64,000 nucleotides of DNA. It comes from the human T2T-CHM13v2.0 reference genome, Homo sapiens. The DNA is taken from NCBI RefSeq assembly GCF_009914755.1, contig NC_060928.1, one strand, 5' to 3'. Positions 18,056 through 35,494 of this stretch are shown here, piece after piece. The notes below the pieces were generated by a model, which was not told the DNA's origin, did no database searches, and worked only from the letters and a program-made list of their open reading frames with translations. The first letter of the stretch is position 1. The number at the start of each line of letters is the position of its first letter. A program made the translations under genes and the position numbers.

Positions 18056-18522
18056 TGTGGTTGGCAGCTCCTAAAATAGATCCCTACCTCTGTAAACTTG
18101 TGTATTTCCCTCCCTTTGGATGTGAACAGACTTATTGATTTGCTTCTAATAAATGGAATATGGCAGAAGTGATTAGATGTCACTTCTATTAAGCTACAAA
18201 ATGACTATGACTTCTATCTTAAGCTTTTTCTGCAGGCTTGCTCCTTTGCTGAGAGAAGCCAGCTGCCATCATGTAAGCTTGTCTATTCAGAAGCCCATGT
18301 GTCAAGAAAGAATCTCCCCCCAACAGCCAGCCACAGTCTGAGGCTTGGAGTGGCTCCTCTCCCAGTGAAACTGAAGATGTCTTCTGCCCCAGTTTACAGC
18401 TTGATTGTAGCCACAGGCATCCAACTAAGCCAAGCCAATATTGCTGACCCGTAGAAACTATGAGCCCTGACTAAGCTGCCAAATTTTAGGGTAATTCTTT
18501 ACACAGCAATAGGTAACTAACA
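18056..18522 (+). mobile_element. MaLR solo LTR (MLT1F/G-like)
   Basis: atatggcagaagtg..gatgtcacttc, gaagccagctgccat, ttacacagcaataggtaactaaca. Confidence 0.75.
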
Positions 18523-18622
18523 CCTAAGCTGAATTGCAAAGAGTTGAAAAGTGCCTGCAGTGAGCATAGACAACTCAGTCAAGAAGTTTGCTATGGGGGT
18601 GAGTAGAGGAATTATGTGGTGA

Positions 18623-18974
<352 letters not shown>

Positions 18975-19356
18975 TAATAACACCACTTCTCTGCCCACAG
19001 TAATATTTAATATCTTCCCGAAATGGTGCCTGGAACACAGTAAGCTTTGTGTCATGAGAGAGCACCCCAGAGTTTGGTCAGCTCTGGGATGCTGATGGGT
19101 AGGTCTTCTGAGCCTGTAAAACTGTAAAACAGTTGCTGAAAGATAATGAAACTACCACAGTAATTGTGACTTCTTAGTGGCCAACCGAGTAGTATTCTGG
19201 TGCCTTTCCCAACCTTCCCATTCCAAATGACATAAGTCTGATTTTCCTCATTTTAAAGATGTGACGATGAAGAAAGTAAGGTAAAAGTTTTTCCCATGGC
19301 TGATAAGTGGCAGAGTCAGGCTTCAAACCAAGGTATGCCTGACTTCAGAAACCTGA

Positions 19357-19580
19357 GCAGTAGACTTCAGTGGTTAAGAGTATGTCTCCAAGCATCCAAC
19401 TGCCCAGGTTAAAATCCTGACTACACTACTTACTGTAATACCCATGTGACTCTGGGAAAGTCATTTAACCTTCCTTGGTCTCAGTTTGTAAGATAATTAC
19501 AGTACCTATAATATAAAGTTAGTACCTATAATCTGGATTGTTACAATGATGAGTAAATATATTGATAGCATACAAGTGTC
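19357..19580 (+). mobile_element. MIR
   Basis: agtggttaagag...gtgactctgggaaagtcatttaacct..tctcagttt core. Confidence 0.75.
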
Positions 19581-19604
19581 AAAAAAAATTCTGACATTGC
19601 CCCC

Positions 19605-20310
<706 letters not shown>

Positions 20311-22074
20311 CCTCCCTTACATCTTGACCCACATAAAGTCTGACATATTTTGTGGTAATATTTGGTTCAATAATCAACTCCTGTAATTAATTTATCACTG
20401 GTAGATAATTTGTGAAAATTACATATGGCAGGGTAATCTTGTTTTATATTTTTCTTTTGAGAAATAAGTTATTTATATTCTTTTTAATCATTTAAAGTAA
20501 TTACAAATTAAATGAAAAGATTCATAAGGACATATATAATCTCCAAACAAACATATTTAAGAGCAACTATTTTGATCAGGGATTTTTTTTTATACTACTG
20601 AATATTGTTAGCTTCAAAATTCTACCATGAAAGGAAATGCTCTTCTTTTCCTGTATTCTAAATACAGCAAAGATAAAGATATGTAGTGGCTGTGCCAATT
20701 ATAACAGAATACTACAAATACATGCATAATTTGAAAACATATTGGAGCTAGCAAGATAATTTCCAGAATAAGTGTCTGGTAGTCCACTTCTCTGAGCATT
20801 GCTAAAATGCTTTATGGAGATAGAGTATTATTTTCTTCTTTGATATTGCCTCTCCCTAGAACAACTCTAATATTAAACAGTTATGAAAATTCCAACTCAA
20901 ATATAGGAAGTCATGTTTTACATTAGACTAGGAACATAACCACTTCTCTTTTCTCCGTACAGGAATTTAGGCACTTAGCTTCTATTGTATTTGTGTTAAT
21001 GAGAGTTATGCATGTAAATTTCCTCAATTGAAATAGGATTATGCCCTTTGCACATTGATAGTGACAGAGTTTGTCTGTGTGGAAGATGTAATGCTACTTA
21101 CTTTCTTTAACCCATGAGGGGTGAATGTGTCTCTTTGCGGAAGGCCTTATGCTCTGGTGGTTTGTGGAACCTCTCCATCTAATAGTTTCTCTGTCCCTTA
21201 AGTGGAAATCTGTCTCAGGAAATTAAGGGGAGAGAGGAGAGTAGACAGTCGTGGAAGATAAGCTATTGGGAAGCACAGTAAATAATGGAGTGAAATGTAG
21301 CTCGAAAGAGAGGGATCATTTAAGGCTATTAGATGACAAATCCACTTCAATGCAGTTATTATACTTGTAAATATAGAAAAATGATAATGTTGACAATTCT
21401 TCATCATACAATCTGTGTCATTAATAAATGATGAAGGATAGAAAGAGTAAAAGAAATAAAGCCAACATTCTGTGCATAACAATAGCACAGAAGCACTTGG
21501 AACAACTAGCTAAGCTAAAAACAAAGGCATAACTCGGTACCACTAATAAGGGATGACTGAGATAAAAAGACAAAATTCAAAAACATGTGTGTGTAAAATA
21601 GCATGAGTAATATAGGTTTCATTGTTTAAAACAAATATATAATTTTGGCTTACATATCAGAAAATAATATGTAATAATTGCCTGTGTAATTGTGTTTAAT
21701 ATTGGTTTTCAGGGAAAAGATAGCTGTCTGCATTCATGCAGGGCAAATGAAACTATTTATAGAGTGGTTGCCCACTTCGTATTCCTTAAATGCCAAAGAT
21801 ATTAAAAATCTCCAGAGGGTATTTTCATCTCCTCCTGGAAAATTACATACAATTACTGCATCTCTGAGTGTCCTCTAAGATGGGGCAACAACAAGAGTTA
21901 TAAATCCAACTTAATTTAAATAAGAACAAAGATCTAAAAGAAGTTTGGAGAGCATTATGTCCCTGTGATTTGGAGACCTGTACACATTACCCTGGGTTCA
22001 TGGAGCTCTCAAAGGCTGAACATTTCAAAGAATAGATTGGGTTGACTTTTCCAAGAGCTGTGTAATTATAATGG

Positions 22075-22508
22075 GTAGTAGAGGCTGCTGGTGGTCGGTC
22101 TCCCATTACACATTCTCTCCTCCCTTAGTGTTAGAACTCCTGATTCTAGCTGGGCACAGGCTGCTAAATAAAGATTACAGATTCTTTTGAATCTTGTAAG
22201 CAGGCATGTAACTAAGTTCCAGCAATGTAATGTAACTAGAAGTGGCTGATTTCTAGGAAGTTTCTTAAAGGAAGGGGACATTCACCTGTTTATTCCTTCT
22301 TCTTGCCGGCTGAATGCATATGTAAAGGCTGAAATTCCCAAGAGTGGCAGAGTGGCAAGATGGGAAATTCCTGGAGCTACCCTAAGGACTCTAGCTTGAG
22401 TATCTCTGGATTGTAGGTATATAAGAGAAACAAACTTCTCTCTGGTTTATCACTGTTATTTTGAGTTTCCTGTTGCTTATAGAAAAGCCTAATTTTATAT
22501 GCTATGCA
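22075..22508 (+). mobile_element. Old MaLR LTR (MLT1J-like)
   Basis: agaactcctgattctagctgggcacaggctgc, catgtaactaagttc, gagaaacaaacttct. Confidence 0.65.
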
Positions 22509-22868
22509 GTTCTAAAAAGCAGAAAAGTAAGCCATTATCTCTTGTCATAAAGGTTGCTCCAAAAAGTGAATTGCTAACCCTAACTGATGCCTAATTGAAT
22601 GCCTTAAACTCATACAAACTTTTCTTTTTTTAACTTATTAAATTTTCTTTTTTTAAAATTATTATTATACTTTAAGTTTTAGGGTACATGTGCACAATGT
22701 GCAGATTACTTACATATGTATACATGTGTCATGCTGGTGTGCTGCACCAATTAACTCGTAATTTAGAATTAGGTATATCTCCTAAAGCTATCCCTCCCCC
22801 TTCCCCCAACCCCACAACAGTCCCCAGAGTGTGATGTTCCCCTTCCTGTGTCCATGTGTTCTCATTGT

Positions 22869-26694
<3,826 letters not shown>

Positions 26695-26757
26695 TATGAC
26701 ATCAGCTGGCTATTTTGCTCGTTAGTTGATGCAGTTTCTTCCTAGCCTTGACGGTCT

Positions 26758-27759
26758 TTATAATTTGGCATGTTTTTGCAGTGGCTGGTACCAGTTTTTC
26801 CTTTCCATGTTTAGTGCTTCCTTCAGGAGCTCTTTTAGGGCAGGCCTGGTGGTGACAAAATCTCTTAGCATTTGCTTGTCTGTAAAGTATTTTATTTCTC
26901 CTTCACTTATGAAGCTTAGCTTGGCTGGATATAAAATTCTGGGTTGAAGAATGTTGAATATTGGCCCCCACTCTCTTCTGGCTTGTAGAATTTCTGCTGA
27001 GAGATCAGCTGTTAGTCTGATGGGCTTTCCTTTGTGGGTAACCTGACCTTTCTCTCTGGCTGCCCTTAACATTTTTTCCTTCATTTCAACTTTGGCGAAT
27101 CTGACAATTATGTGTCTTGGAGTTGCTCTTCTCGAGGAGTATCTTTGTGGCATTCTCTGTGTTTCCTGAATCTGAATGTTGGCCTCCCTTGCTAGATTGG
27201 GGAAGTTCTCCTGGATAATATCCTGCAGAGTGTTTTCCAATTTGGTTCCATTCTCACCGTCACTTTCAGGTACACCAATCAGATGTAGATTTGGTTTTTT
27301 CACATAGTTCCATATTTCTTGGAGGCTTTGTTCGTTTCTTTTTATTCTTTTTTCTCTAAACTTCCCTTCTTGCTTCATTTCATGCATTTCATCTTCCATC
27401 ACTGATACCCTTTCTTCCAGTTGATCGCATTGGCTCCTGAGGCTTCTGCATTCTTCGTGTAGTTCTCGAGCCTTGGCTTTTGGCTCCATCAGCTCCTTTA
27501 AACACTTCTCTCTATTGGTTATTCTAGTTGTACATTCTTCTAAATTTTTTGCAAACTTTTCAACATCTTTGCCTTTGGTTTGAATTTCCTCCTGTAGCTT
27601 GGAGTAGTTTGATCGTCTGAAGCCTTCTTCTCTCAACTCGTCAAAGTCATTCTCTGTCCAGCTTTGTTCCATTGCTGGTGAGGAGCTGCATTCCTTTGGA
27701 GGAGGAGAGGCACTCTGCTTTTTAGAGTTTCCATTTTTTCTGTTCTGTTTTTTCCCCAT
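26758..27759 (-). CDS. L1 ORF1p, open 333 aa (5-codon in-frame deletion in the C-terminal domain)
   Basis: MGKKQNRK..; REKG, ARREWG and YPAKLSF motifs intact; FNILQPRI lacks the usual KEKNF. Confidence 0.9.
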   Translation of the reverse strand: MGKKQNRKNGNSKKQSASPPPKECSSSPAMEQSWTENDFDELREEGFRRSNYSKLQEEIQTKGKDVEKFAKNLEECTTRITNREKCLKELMEPKAKARELHEECRSLRSQCDQLEERVSVMEDEMHEMKQEGKFREKRIKRNEQSLQEIWNYVKKPNLHLIGVPESDGENGTKLENTLQDIIQENFPNLAREANIQIQETQRMPQRYSSRRATPRHIIVRFAKVEMKEKMLRAAREKGQVTHKGKPIRLTADLSAEILQARREWGPIFNILQPRILYPAKLSFISEGEIKYFTDKQMLRDFVTTRPALKELLKEALNMERKNWYQPLQKHAKL

Positions 27760-28798
27760 CTTTGTGGTTTTATCTACTTTTGGTCTTTGATGATGGCGAT
27801 GTACAGATGGGTTTTTGGTGTGAATGTCCTTTCTGTTTGTTAGTTTTCCTTCTAACAGACAGGACCCTCAGCTGCAGGTCTGTTGGAGTTTGCTAGAGGT
27901 CCACTCCAGACCCTGTTTGCCTGGGTACCAGCAGCGGTGGCTGCAGAACAGCAGATTTTCGTGAACCGCGAATGCTGCTGTCTGATCGTTCCTCTGGAAG
28001 TTTTGTCTCAGAGGAGTACCTGGCCGTGTGAGGTGTCAGTCTGCCCCTACTGGGGGGTGCCTCCCAATTAGGCTGCTCAGGGGTCAGGGGTCAGGGACCC
28101 ACTTGAGGAGGCAGTCTGCCTGTTCTCAGATCTCCAGCTGCATGCTGGGAGAACCACTGCTCTCTTCAAAGCTGTCAGACGGGGACATTTAAGTCTGCAG
28201 AGGTTACTGCTGTCTTTTTGTTTGTCTGTGCCCTGCCCCCAGAGGTGGAGCCTACAGAGGCAGGCAGGCCTCCTTGAGCTGTGGTGGGCTCCATCCAGTT
28301 CAAGCTTCCTGGCTGCTTTGTTTACCTAAGCAAGCCTGGGCAATGACGGGCGCCCCTCCCCCAGCCTCGCTGCTGCCTTGCAGTTTGATCTCAGACTGCT
28401 GTGCTAGTAATCAGTGAGACTCCGTGGGCATAGGACCCTCCGAGCAAGGTGCGGGATATAATCTCCTGGTGCGCCGTTTTTTTAAGCCCATCGGAAAACA
28501 CAGTATTGGGGTGGGAGTGACCCTATTTTCCAGGTGCCGTCTGTCACCCCTTTCTTTGACTAGGAGAGGGAACTCCCTGACCTCTTGCGCTTCCCAAGTG
28601 AGGCAATGCCTTGACCTGCTTCAGCTCATGCACTGTGTGCTGCACCCACTGTCCTGCGCCCACCGTCTGGCACTCCCTAGTGAGATGGAAATCCGGTACC
28701 TCAGATGGAAATGCAGAAATCACCTGTCTTCTGTGTCGCTCACGCTGGGAGCTGTAGACCGGAGCTGTTCCTATTCGGCCGTCTTGGCTCCAGTCCCC
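27760..28798 (-). promoter_or_regulatory. L1 5'UTR: internal sense promoter (-) and antisense promoter/ORF0 region (+)
   Basis: CpG-retaining 5'UTR; ORF0 start ATG at 28343 (MTGAPPPASLLPCSLISDCCASNQ*) stopped at 28415-28417. Confidence 0.8.
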
Positions 28799-29309
28799 TA
28801 CAATCTTTTCAAGTTACACACAGTAGAAATGGAATCATTGGTGATAGATCGATTATCAAATAGAAAACTAAGGGTGGAATTTGCTGTTGTAATAGGGCTA
28901 CCGATCTTGTTAAATCAAATTTGTGCATATTTGGAGGAAGAAAATGTCAGAAGCTGTATCTGAAGACACCTTAGAACCTTATCAGGCCAGACACCTATAA
29001 ATATTAATTTTGAATACATTGGGCCTCCTACTGTCAATTATGAGGCAGGCCCTCTTGGCCTGAAGTGACCCTAGGTACTGAGATTGAAACTCTTCAACAA
29101 AGACAGAGAAAACAAATGCTACTGCCATTTTCCAAGGAAAGTATCACTTTATTCTTTCCCTACTGTTGGAGGACTGTAGCAGTTGTTTCTCTGGAAATAA
29201 GAAAGTGGATAACCAGACCAATGGTATTCTCCAATCCATCTTATCAGAGCAGAGCTCTTAAATTCACATCTCCTAATTACTAGCCTGGTATTTTTTGTCC
29301 TAAACCAGA

Positions 29310-29443
29310 GACAGAAAACTAAAGCCCTTGGACCAAATACTGTTTTTGTAAATAAACTTTTACTGAAATGCAGCCACACATGGGGATTTTGGGAACTAGA
29401 ATTCAAGATGAAATTTGGGTAGGGACACAGCCAAACCATATCA
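29310..29443. mobile_element. Fused MER58 fragment and THE1 LTR terminus
   Basis: ctgtttttgtaaataaacttttactgaaatgcagccac (MER58) joined to acatggggattttgggaac...gggacacagccaaaccatatca (THE1). Confidence 0.75.
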
Positions 29444-32400
29444 GGCCTTTATATTGTACTTTCAGGAAAGTCTTGCTTGTTTGGGGTTGATGCATAACAA
29501 CTCACTAATTGGATTTAATAAGAAAGTTCCACTATGCCCTGGTAAAGCATGCACTCTCACCCTAGAGAAGACAGATCTGGGGAGTTATCTTGAAGTAGAA
29601 AGGACTTGAAGGTTTAAAATGAAGTTTTAAGAATATTAACATTTCTTACCTAAAATAGTATAGTATAGAGAGGGAGAGAGCAGCAAACATTTTTTATAAA
29701 AGCAAACATTTTTTATAAAGGACATGGCTGTGGCTGCATTTCTCTGAATCGTGTGCCATCTTCCTTTTACCATATATTTCCGGTAATTAAATTTTCTTAT
29801 CATTCCTTTTATTTCTGCATGTCTTTTACATTCTTAAATGTCTGAGCATTTTTTTCCTTAATGTGGTCTCAACAACTGTATTCCCATACTCTCTTATAGA
29901 ACCACATTTGATAACATGGGATCTATTTGTGATTAGTATTCTAAAAGCTGGAATAAAAAGGTAAGTCACATGATTAGATATATTCAGAAATATTCATTAG
30001 GTCATTACAGTACTTACATTTTAGTGCTTCTTGTGGTTGCAATTGCACATCTTCCTTACAATTTCACTTCTTTGTCTTTACCTGAGTGGCAGATAATGTT
30101 TTTTGCATGTCTTCTTCAGTTGGGTACCAGCTGCATTGTCTCAATGGCTTTCAAAAGGAAGACTAATGGACCTAATCCGTAAATACTGACTAGAAGCCAG
30201 AGTAAAGGCAAGAAGCACTGTTTATTGGCCGTTAGTCATCAATAAATGATGGCAGTGTTAAACAATAAACACAGAGCTCTGAGAATATCATTAACATTAC
30301 TTACAAAATAAATGTTTCTGTGATATATTGGGTTTTGGTAGTCAAATCCCCAGAGGGCTCTACGACTGGGTTTGTCATCTGCTGCATTTTAAACTGAAAT
30401 ATCTTTTTCAAAAGTTCTTTCTGGTTCTTTGCTTTGATGGATTTATAAGAAGACTGGTATTTCCTCAAAGAAGATCTTCCTTTCCTCTGGATGTGTGTCA
30501 CGTGTCATTGGGTTAACTTGAAGAAGAGCTGGGACTATCTGACAAATATTTTGATCTTTTCACAACTTGGGTCTCTATACGTGTAAAAGTATGTGAAAAC
30601 CCATCAACTATCTGACCCAAGAAAGCAAAGTATAAATCTTAAGACCTTAACAATAACTAACGCTAAAACAAGATCAATCTGTCTTTTCATTGCTTTCTAA
30701 AAGAACATAGAGAAAAGCAATTAGAAAGTACTTTATATCTGTTTCCCTCTATTTTTCCTAAAATAATATGCCTCCTCACTTAGTACCATATTGCAAACAG
30801 CTGGAGTCTATAACATATCACATGTTATTCCCACTTGTTGAATATCCTAAAAGCAATAAAGAGAGAAAGAATAAACATGTTTTAAATGATTCGATTTTCA
30901 TGCTTTATGACTTTCTCATGATCACTTTAGTCATCTACCTAAAGATTTATTTTGAAGGCTAAGTGGTGATTACAGATGAATGCACTTCTAAAACCAATAT
31001 GAAATACCTTCCTTAAAACACTTAAGAGAATGCAAGAGAGAGTGAAAACATGGAGGATTTAAACTCCACATCTACCATTTGAGTACATTACCTAACCACA
31101 GTTAAAGGTTCCTTTCTTTGTTGATAGAATAGAATAGCCAAGAGCAGGGGTGGCAAACCTGGAAAATGCAGATTCTCAAAAATCATTGGGAAGACATGAT
31201 CTTGTTGTTACTTTGAAGAAGTGCATAAAAATCTCATGCTATCTCATTGAGAGGCAAGTGACCCTTCTCCTCGCTGGTAAAACATGTCATGGTTAATAAT
31301 ACCTGCTTCATAAGATGGTTGTGAAGGTTAAATATAGATAAATCACCTAGAGGTAGAGTTAATGGTAATAAATGTTCTTCTTCTGTTCCCCCTGCATTTT
31401 GTCCTCCTTCCTGTTCTCAAAGAGAAGAAAAGTCAAGTGATCCTAAACATCACTATTTGTGGAATAGACTTAGGAACAGAATAGGATGAAAGTCCTCCTA
31501 CATTTTAATGATAAACACAAAATGTGGTGGCAAGATATCTAATGTCTTTCCTGAATCTTTGCACAAAAACATGACACAATTTTTCTCATTCTAAAAACGT
31601 AGAAGTAGAAACACCAAAATGTGAACAACCTCTCTGAAGTTACCAAAGAACAAATCCAAAAAGAATATAAAAGTCTCCAAACTTAAAGTTTAAAATTCTA
31701 AAAACAAGCATATTATATCTGAGATATTACTTGGTGTTTGTATGTACATCATCAACCAGTAGTGAAATTACTAATTAGTTATTTTTAGGTTGTATTATTT
31801 GTCTGTGAATGTTTTACTAGATAACCAGTTATATGTTTATATCATTATATGTTTATTAGACATCCCATTATATGTTTATGTGTTAACTCAAACAGAGGGC
31901 CTAAGGAGAACTCCACAGTAGAGAACAAAGAATGAGGTTAGAAGTGGGCAAGTACAGATGTAGTGGCCATGGCTGTGATTGTTTGAGAAGTTACTTTGTT
32001 TCAGAGGTTTTAGGCATCGCCCTCTGCCTTCTACTGAAATTCATGTTTTTCCTTTGCTGAGTCTTTGTGGCTTTGTTCTATGCTACTCCAGAGCCAAGTC
32101 TCACTTGCGCAGTTGTCTGGGAAATCTACCAGGGCTAAACTCCCCAAGACTCATTTTCTTCCTAGTTCTTCCTATTGCATTTGCTGGCTTGGTCCTCCGT
32201 CAACTCATAGAGGCTTCACTGATCATTCCCCTCGGCACCTAGGATGCTAAATTAGTATGTGATCTCTGGTAGACCTAGGTCCTATTTTGCTTGATAGGGT
32301 CTGAAACACATCAGTGCTCTGTGACAATTTTAGAACATCTCTCAATATACTGTAAGAGGGTAACATATGGTGTTTGCATACACATAGCTCCAAAAATGTT

Positions 32401-32708
32401 CCAGGAGCATGGCTTTATTCCCAGACCATGGCCACCTGAGGGATAAGGGTTCTGCTCCTGTCTCCAGGTTGAAGGTTTCCCAGAGAATCACTTTGATCTG
32501 GTTTCACACTAACCCCATGGGATGGCTCTAATGTGCCACTAAGGGACTACAGTCAATCACAGGAGCAGGCTTAGATCCTGTTGTAGTTCAGGATCCTCCA
32601 GATGTCCCTATCTTAGCTTTCTCCAGATAGACTGCAATGCCCTTGGAGGGTCAAAGACTGAACCAGCCTTTCAGATTTCCCTGGATCACAAACAATACAA
32701 GCCCTGGC

Positions 32709-32899
32709 CATTGTCTTTAGATGCTTTTAAATATCAGAGCAGGTTGGGTGAATGGAACTATGCAGTGATCCACGCAAACATTTAGCCTTATTTGCAATAA
32801 GGATCCAGATATGCCATCAGCCTGCTGCTACCTGGCAAAGTGCACTTCAATTTCAAGCTGATGTGTTTACTTTCCAGGGTTGAAATTGTTGTCAGCAAT
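32709..32899 (+). repeat. ~190-bp direct repeat, copy 1 (no TE family recognised)
   Basis: Aligns to 33705-33891 with about 15 substitutions and 2 indels (hand count). Confidence 0.95.
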
Positions 32900-33704
32900 T
32901 TTTATTTTAAATAGGAGTTGCAGTCACTGGCGTTTTAGAATACTTCATATTTACAAAGGTTCATTTTACAAGAACATCCTAAAGTGCTATATGAATATCA
33001 TTTCATTTGTCCTCATCACATCTCTGTGAGGGAAAGTAACCCATATTGCCCTCCCCCATCATCACCAGACCCTGCGTTCAAATGAAAACACACACACAAA
33101 GTCCCAACACAGAGGGTTTCTAGAGGACCAGAACAGAACTGATACTGAGCCCAATAATTTTGTGTTGTATATGAAGGTTCAGGCGCTGGCAAAGGACTTG
33201 GGGGAAATAGTTCTATCACACCAAGAGAACACTTTCTTAAGGGCAGAAGAATGGGGACGTGGGAAGAGAAGGCCCCTAAATCAGCCCATTGTATTGAAGA
33301 CCCTTGTTCTTTGCCTTCTTTCTCCCGTTGTCAGTTATTACCATCACTCAGAAAGGAGGTGGAAGGGAGGCATGGAGCAAACTAATGAGCCCATGAATTG
33401 TTGAGCCCGTTACTTGCTTTTGAAATGTCCACCTGTGTTCTAGATCAGAAACCAACTGATTTTTATTCCATAACACTTTCAAATGATTAGGATAATCCAT
33501 TAAGCATAGCCTAAGAACCTTTATTTCCTAAGATTAAATCAATTTGATTCAACTATTTGTTTAGTAGAAGCTTCGATAATAGTAATGGCAAAAGGAATTG
33601 GGGAGGAATGGTGATGAGAGAAATGTATCTTTTTCTCTCATGAAGAGGTAAGGAAATGAGTGTTTACTGAGTAAGTATGGTGTACCAAGAGCTTTTCTAG
33701 ATGA

Positions 33705-33891
33705 CATTGTCTTTAGATGCTTTTAAGTATCAGAACAGAATGGGCGAATGAACTATGCAGCGATCCATGCTAACATTTAGCCTTATTTGCAATAAGGACC
33801 CAGATATGCTGTCAGCCTGTTGCTACCTGGCAAAGTGCACTTCAATTTCAAGCCAATGTGTTTACTTTTCAGGGTTGAAATTGTTAGCAAT
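33705..33891 (+). repeat. ~190-bp direct repeat, copy 2
   Basis: See copy 1; offset 996 bp. Confidence 0.95.
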
Positions 33892-33937
33892 CTGTGACAA
33901 TTTATTTAACACTGAATTTTGGGAATTGTGGTTCTTA

Positions 33938-34616
33938 TGTCACAGGCATTTGAACCACAGTGACTTCATCTTGAATAGCGGATCGGTAAAATGAGGCTGA
34001 GACCTACTGGGCTGCATTCATAGGAGGTTAGGCATTCTTTGTCACAGGATGAGATAGGAGGTTGGTAGGACTGGTATCATAAGATACAGGTCATAAAGAC
34101 CCTGCTGATAAAACAGGATGTGGTAAAGAAGCTGACCAAAACCTACTAAAACCAACATGGTGACGAAAGTGACCTCTGATCGTTCTCACTGATCATTATA
34201 TGCTAATTATAATTCATTATTATAATTATACGTTTATATATATTATGTACTATATTATATAATTATAATTCATTAGCATGCTAAAAGACACTCCCATTAG
34301 CATCATGACAGTTTACAAATGCCATGGCAACATCTAGAAGTTACCCTGTATGGTCTAAAAAAGGGAGGAATCCTCAGTTCTGGGAATTGCCCACCTCTTT
34401 CCCTCATGAATAATCCACCCCTTGTTTAGCATATTATCAAGAAATAACCATAAAATTAGCCAATCAGCAGCCCTCGGGGCTGCTCTCTTTATGGAGTAGT
34501 TGTTCTTTTGTTTCTTCTCTAATAAACTTGCTTTCTTTTTACTCTGTGGACTCGCCCTGAATTCTTTCTTGGGTGAGATCTCTTGGGGTCTGGGCAGGGA
34601 CCCCTTTCTAGTAACA
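33938..34616 (+). mobile_element. MER41 (MER41B-like) ERV1 solo LTR
   Basis: tgtcacaggcatttgaacc...gaggctgagacctactgggctgcattc...ccctttctagtaaca; perfect 4-bp TSD ctta; aataaa poly(A) signal. Confidence 0.93.
34378..34386 (+). promoter_or_regulatory. GAS (STAT1) motif TTCTGGGAA in MER41
   Basis: Fits TTCNNNGAA at the position of the known MER41B GAS pair; activity untested. Confidence 0.55.
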
Positions 34617-34804
34617 CTTATGCTCCTTCTCAAGAAACCAAGACTCAGAAAAAATAAACAACTTATAAGGTCACACAGTTAGTAAACTCCAGAGTCTGGA
34701 CTCTACCCAGATCTTTCTCATTCCTAAACTCCAGCTAAGAGTTGCTTTGGGGTTGTTCTCATATGCTAATGTGAAGCTACTCAAGAACACATTCTCTTAC
34801 CAAG

Positions 34805-35080
34805 AGGCAATTGTTACAACTTGATAGGAGAAATAAGTTCTGGTGTTCTGTGCATTGCAGGGCGAATAGGGTTAACTATAATTTATTGTGTATTTTTTAA
34901 AAGCTAGAAGAGAGGATTTTTATGTTCACAGCACAAAGAAATGATAAATGTTTGTGGGGATAGTATACTAATTACCCTGATTTGATAATTATACATTGTA
35001 TACGTATACCAAATATCACTCTGTATCTCATAAATATGTACAATTATTACATGTCAACTAAAAATAAAAGGAGAAAAAAA
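34805..35080 (+). mobile_element. L1MA 3' end
   Basis: gataggagaaataagttctggtgttct...cacaaagaaatgataaatgtttg...tgtcaactaaaaataaaa. Confidence 0.88.
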
Positions 35081-35186
35081 GTCAACTGTCTTTGTTCCCA
35101 AACCAATTTGTGTCTTTTGCCCTTGTTATTTGGATAACATTATTTAGTTAAGTGTTGAACAGACTAATGAAATATAAATATAGAAG

Positions 35187-35494
35187 CCGAGTGCAGTGGC
35201 TCATGCCTGTAATCCCAACACTTTGGGAGGCCAAGGCAAGAGGATCACTTGATCTCAGGTGTTTGAGACCAGCCTGGGCAACATGGTGAAACCACGTCTC
35301 TACAAAAAATATAAAGATTAGCAAGGCATGGTGGTATGCACCTGTAGTCCCAGCTACTCAGGGGGCTGAGGTGGGAGGGTTACTTGACCTCAGGAGGTCA
35401 GGCTGCTGTGAGTTGCGATCATGCCACTAGTGCACTCCAACCTGGGTGACAGAGCAAGATCCTGTCTCAAAAAATAAAAAAGGAAGAAAGAAAG
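35187..35494 (+). mobile_element. AluJ
   Basis: Dimer; TSD gaaatataaata(t/c)agaag. Confidence 0.94.

Noticed and set aside
28424-28963. 179-aa ORF as a novel gene or intact ORF0
   Set aside because: GTG start in the ORF0 frame after a premature stop at 28415; read-through of antisense L1 5'UTR
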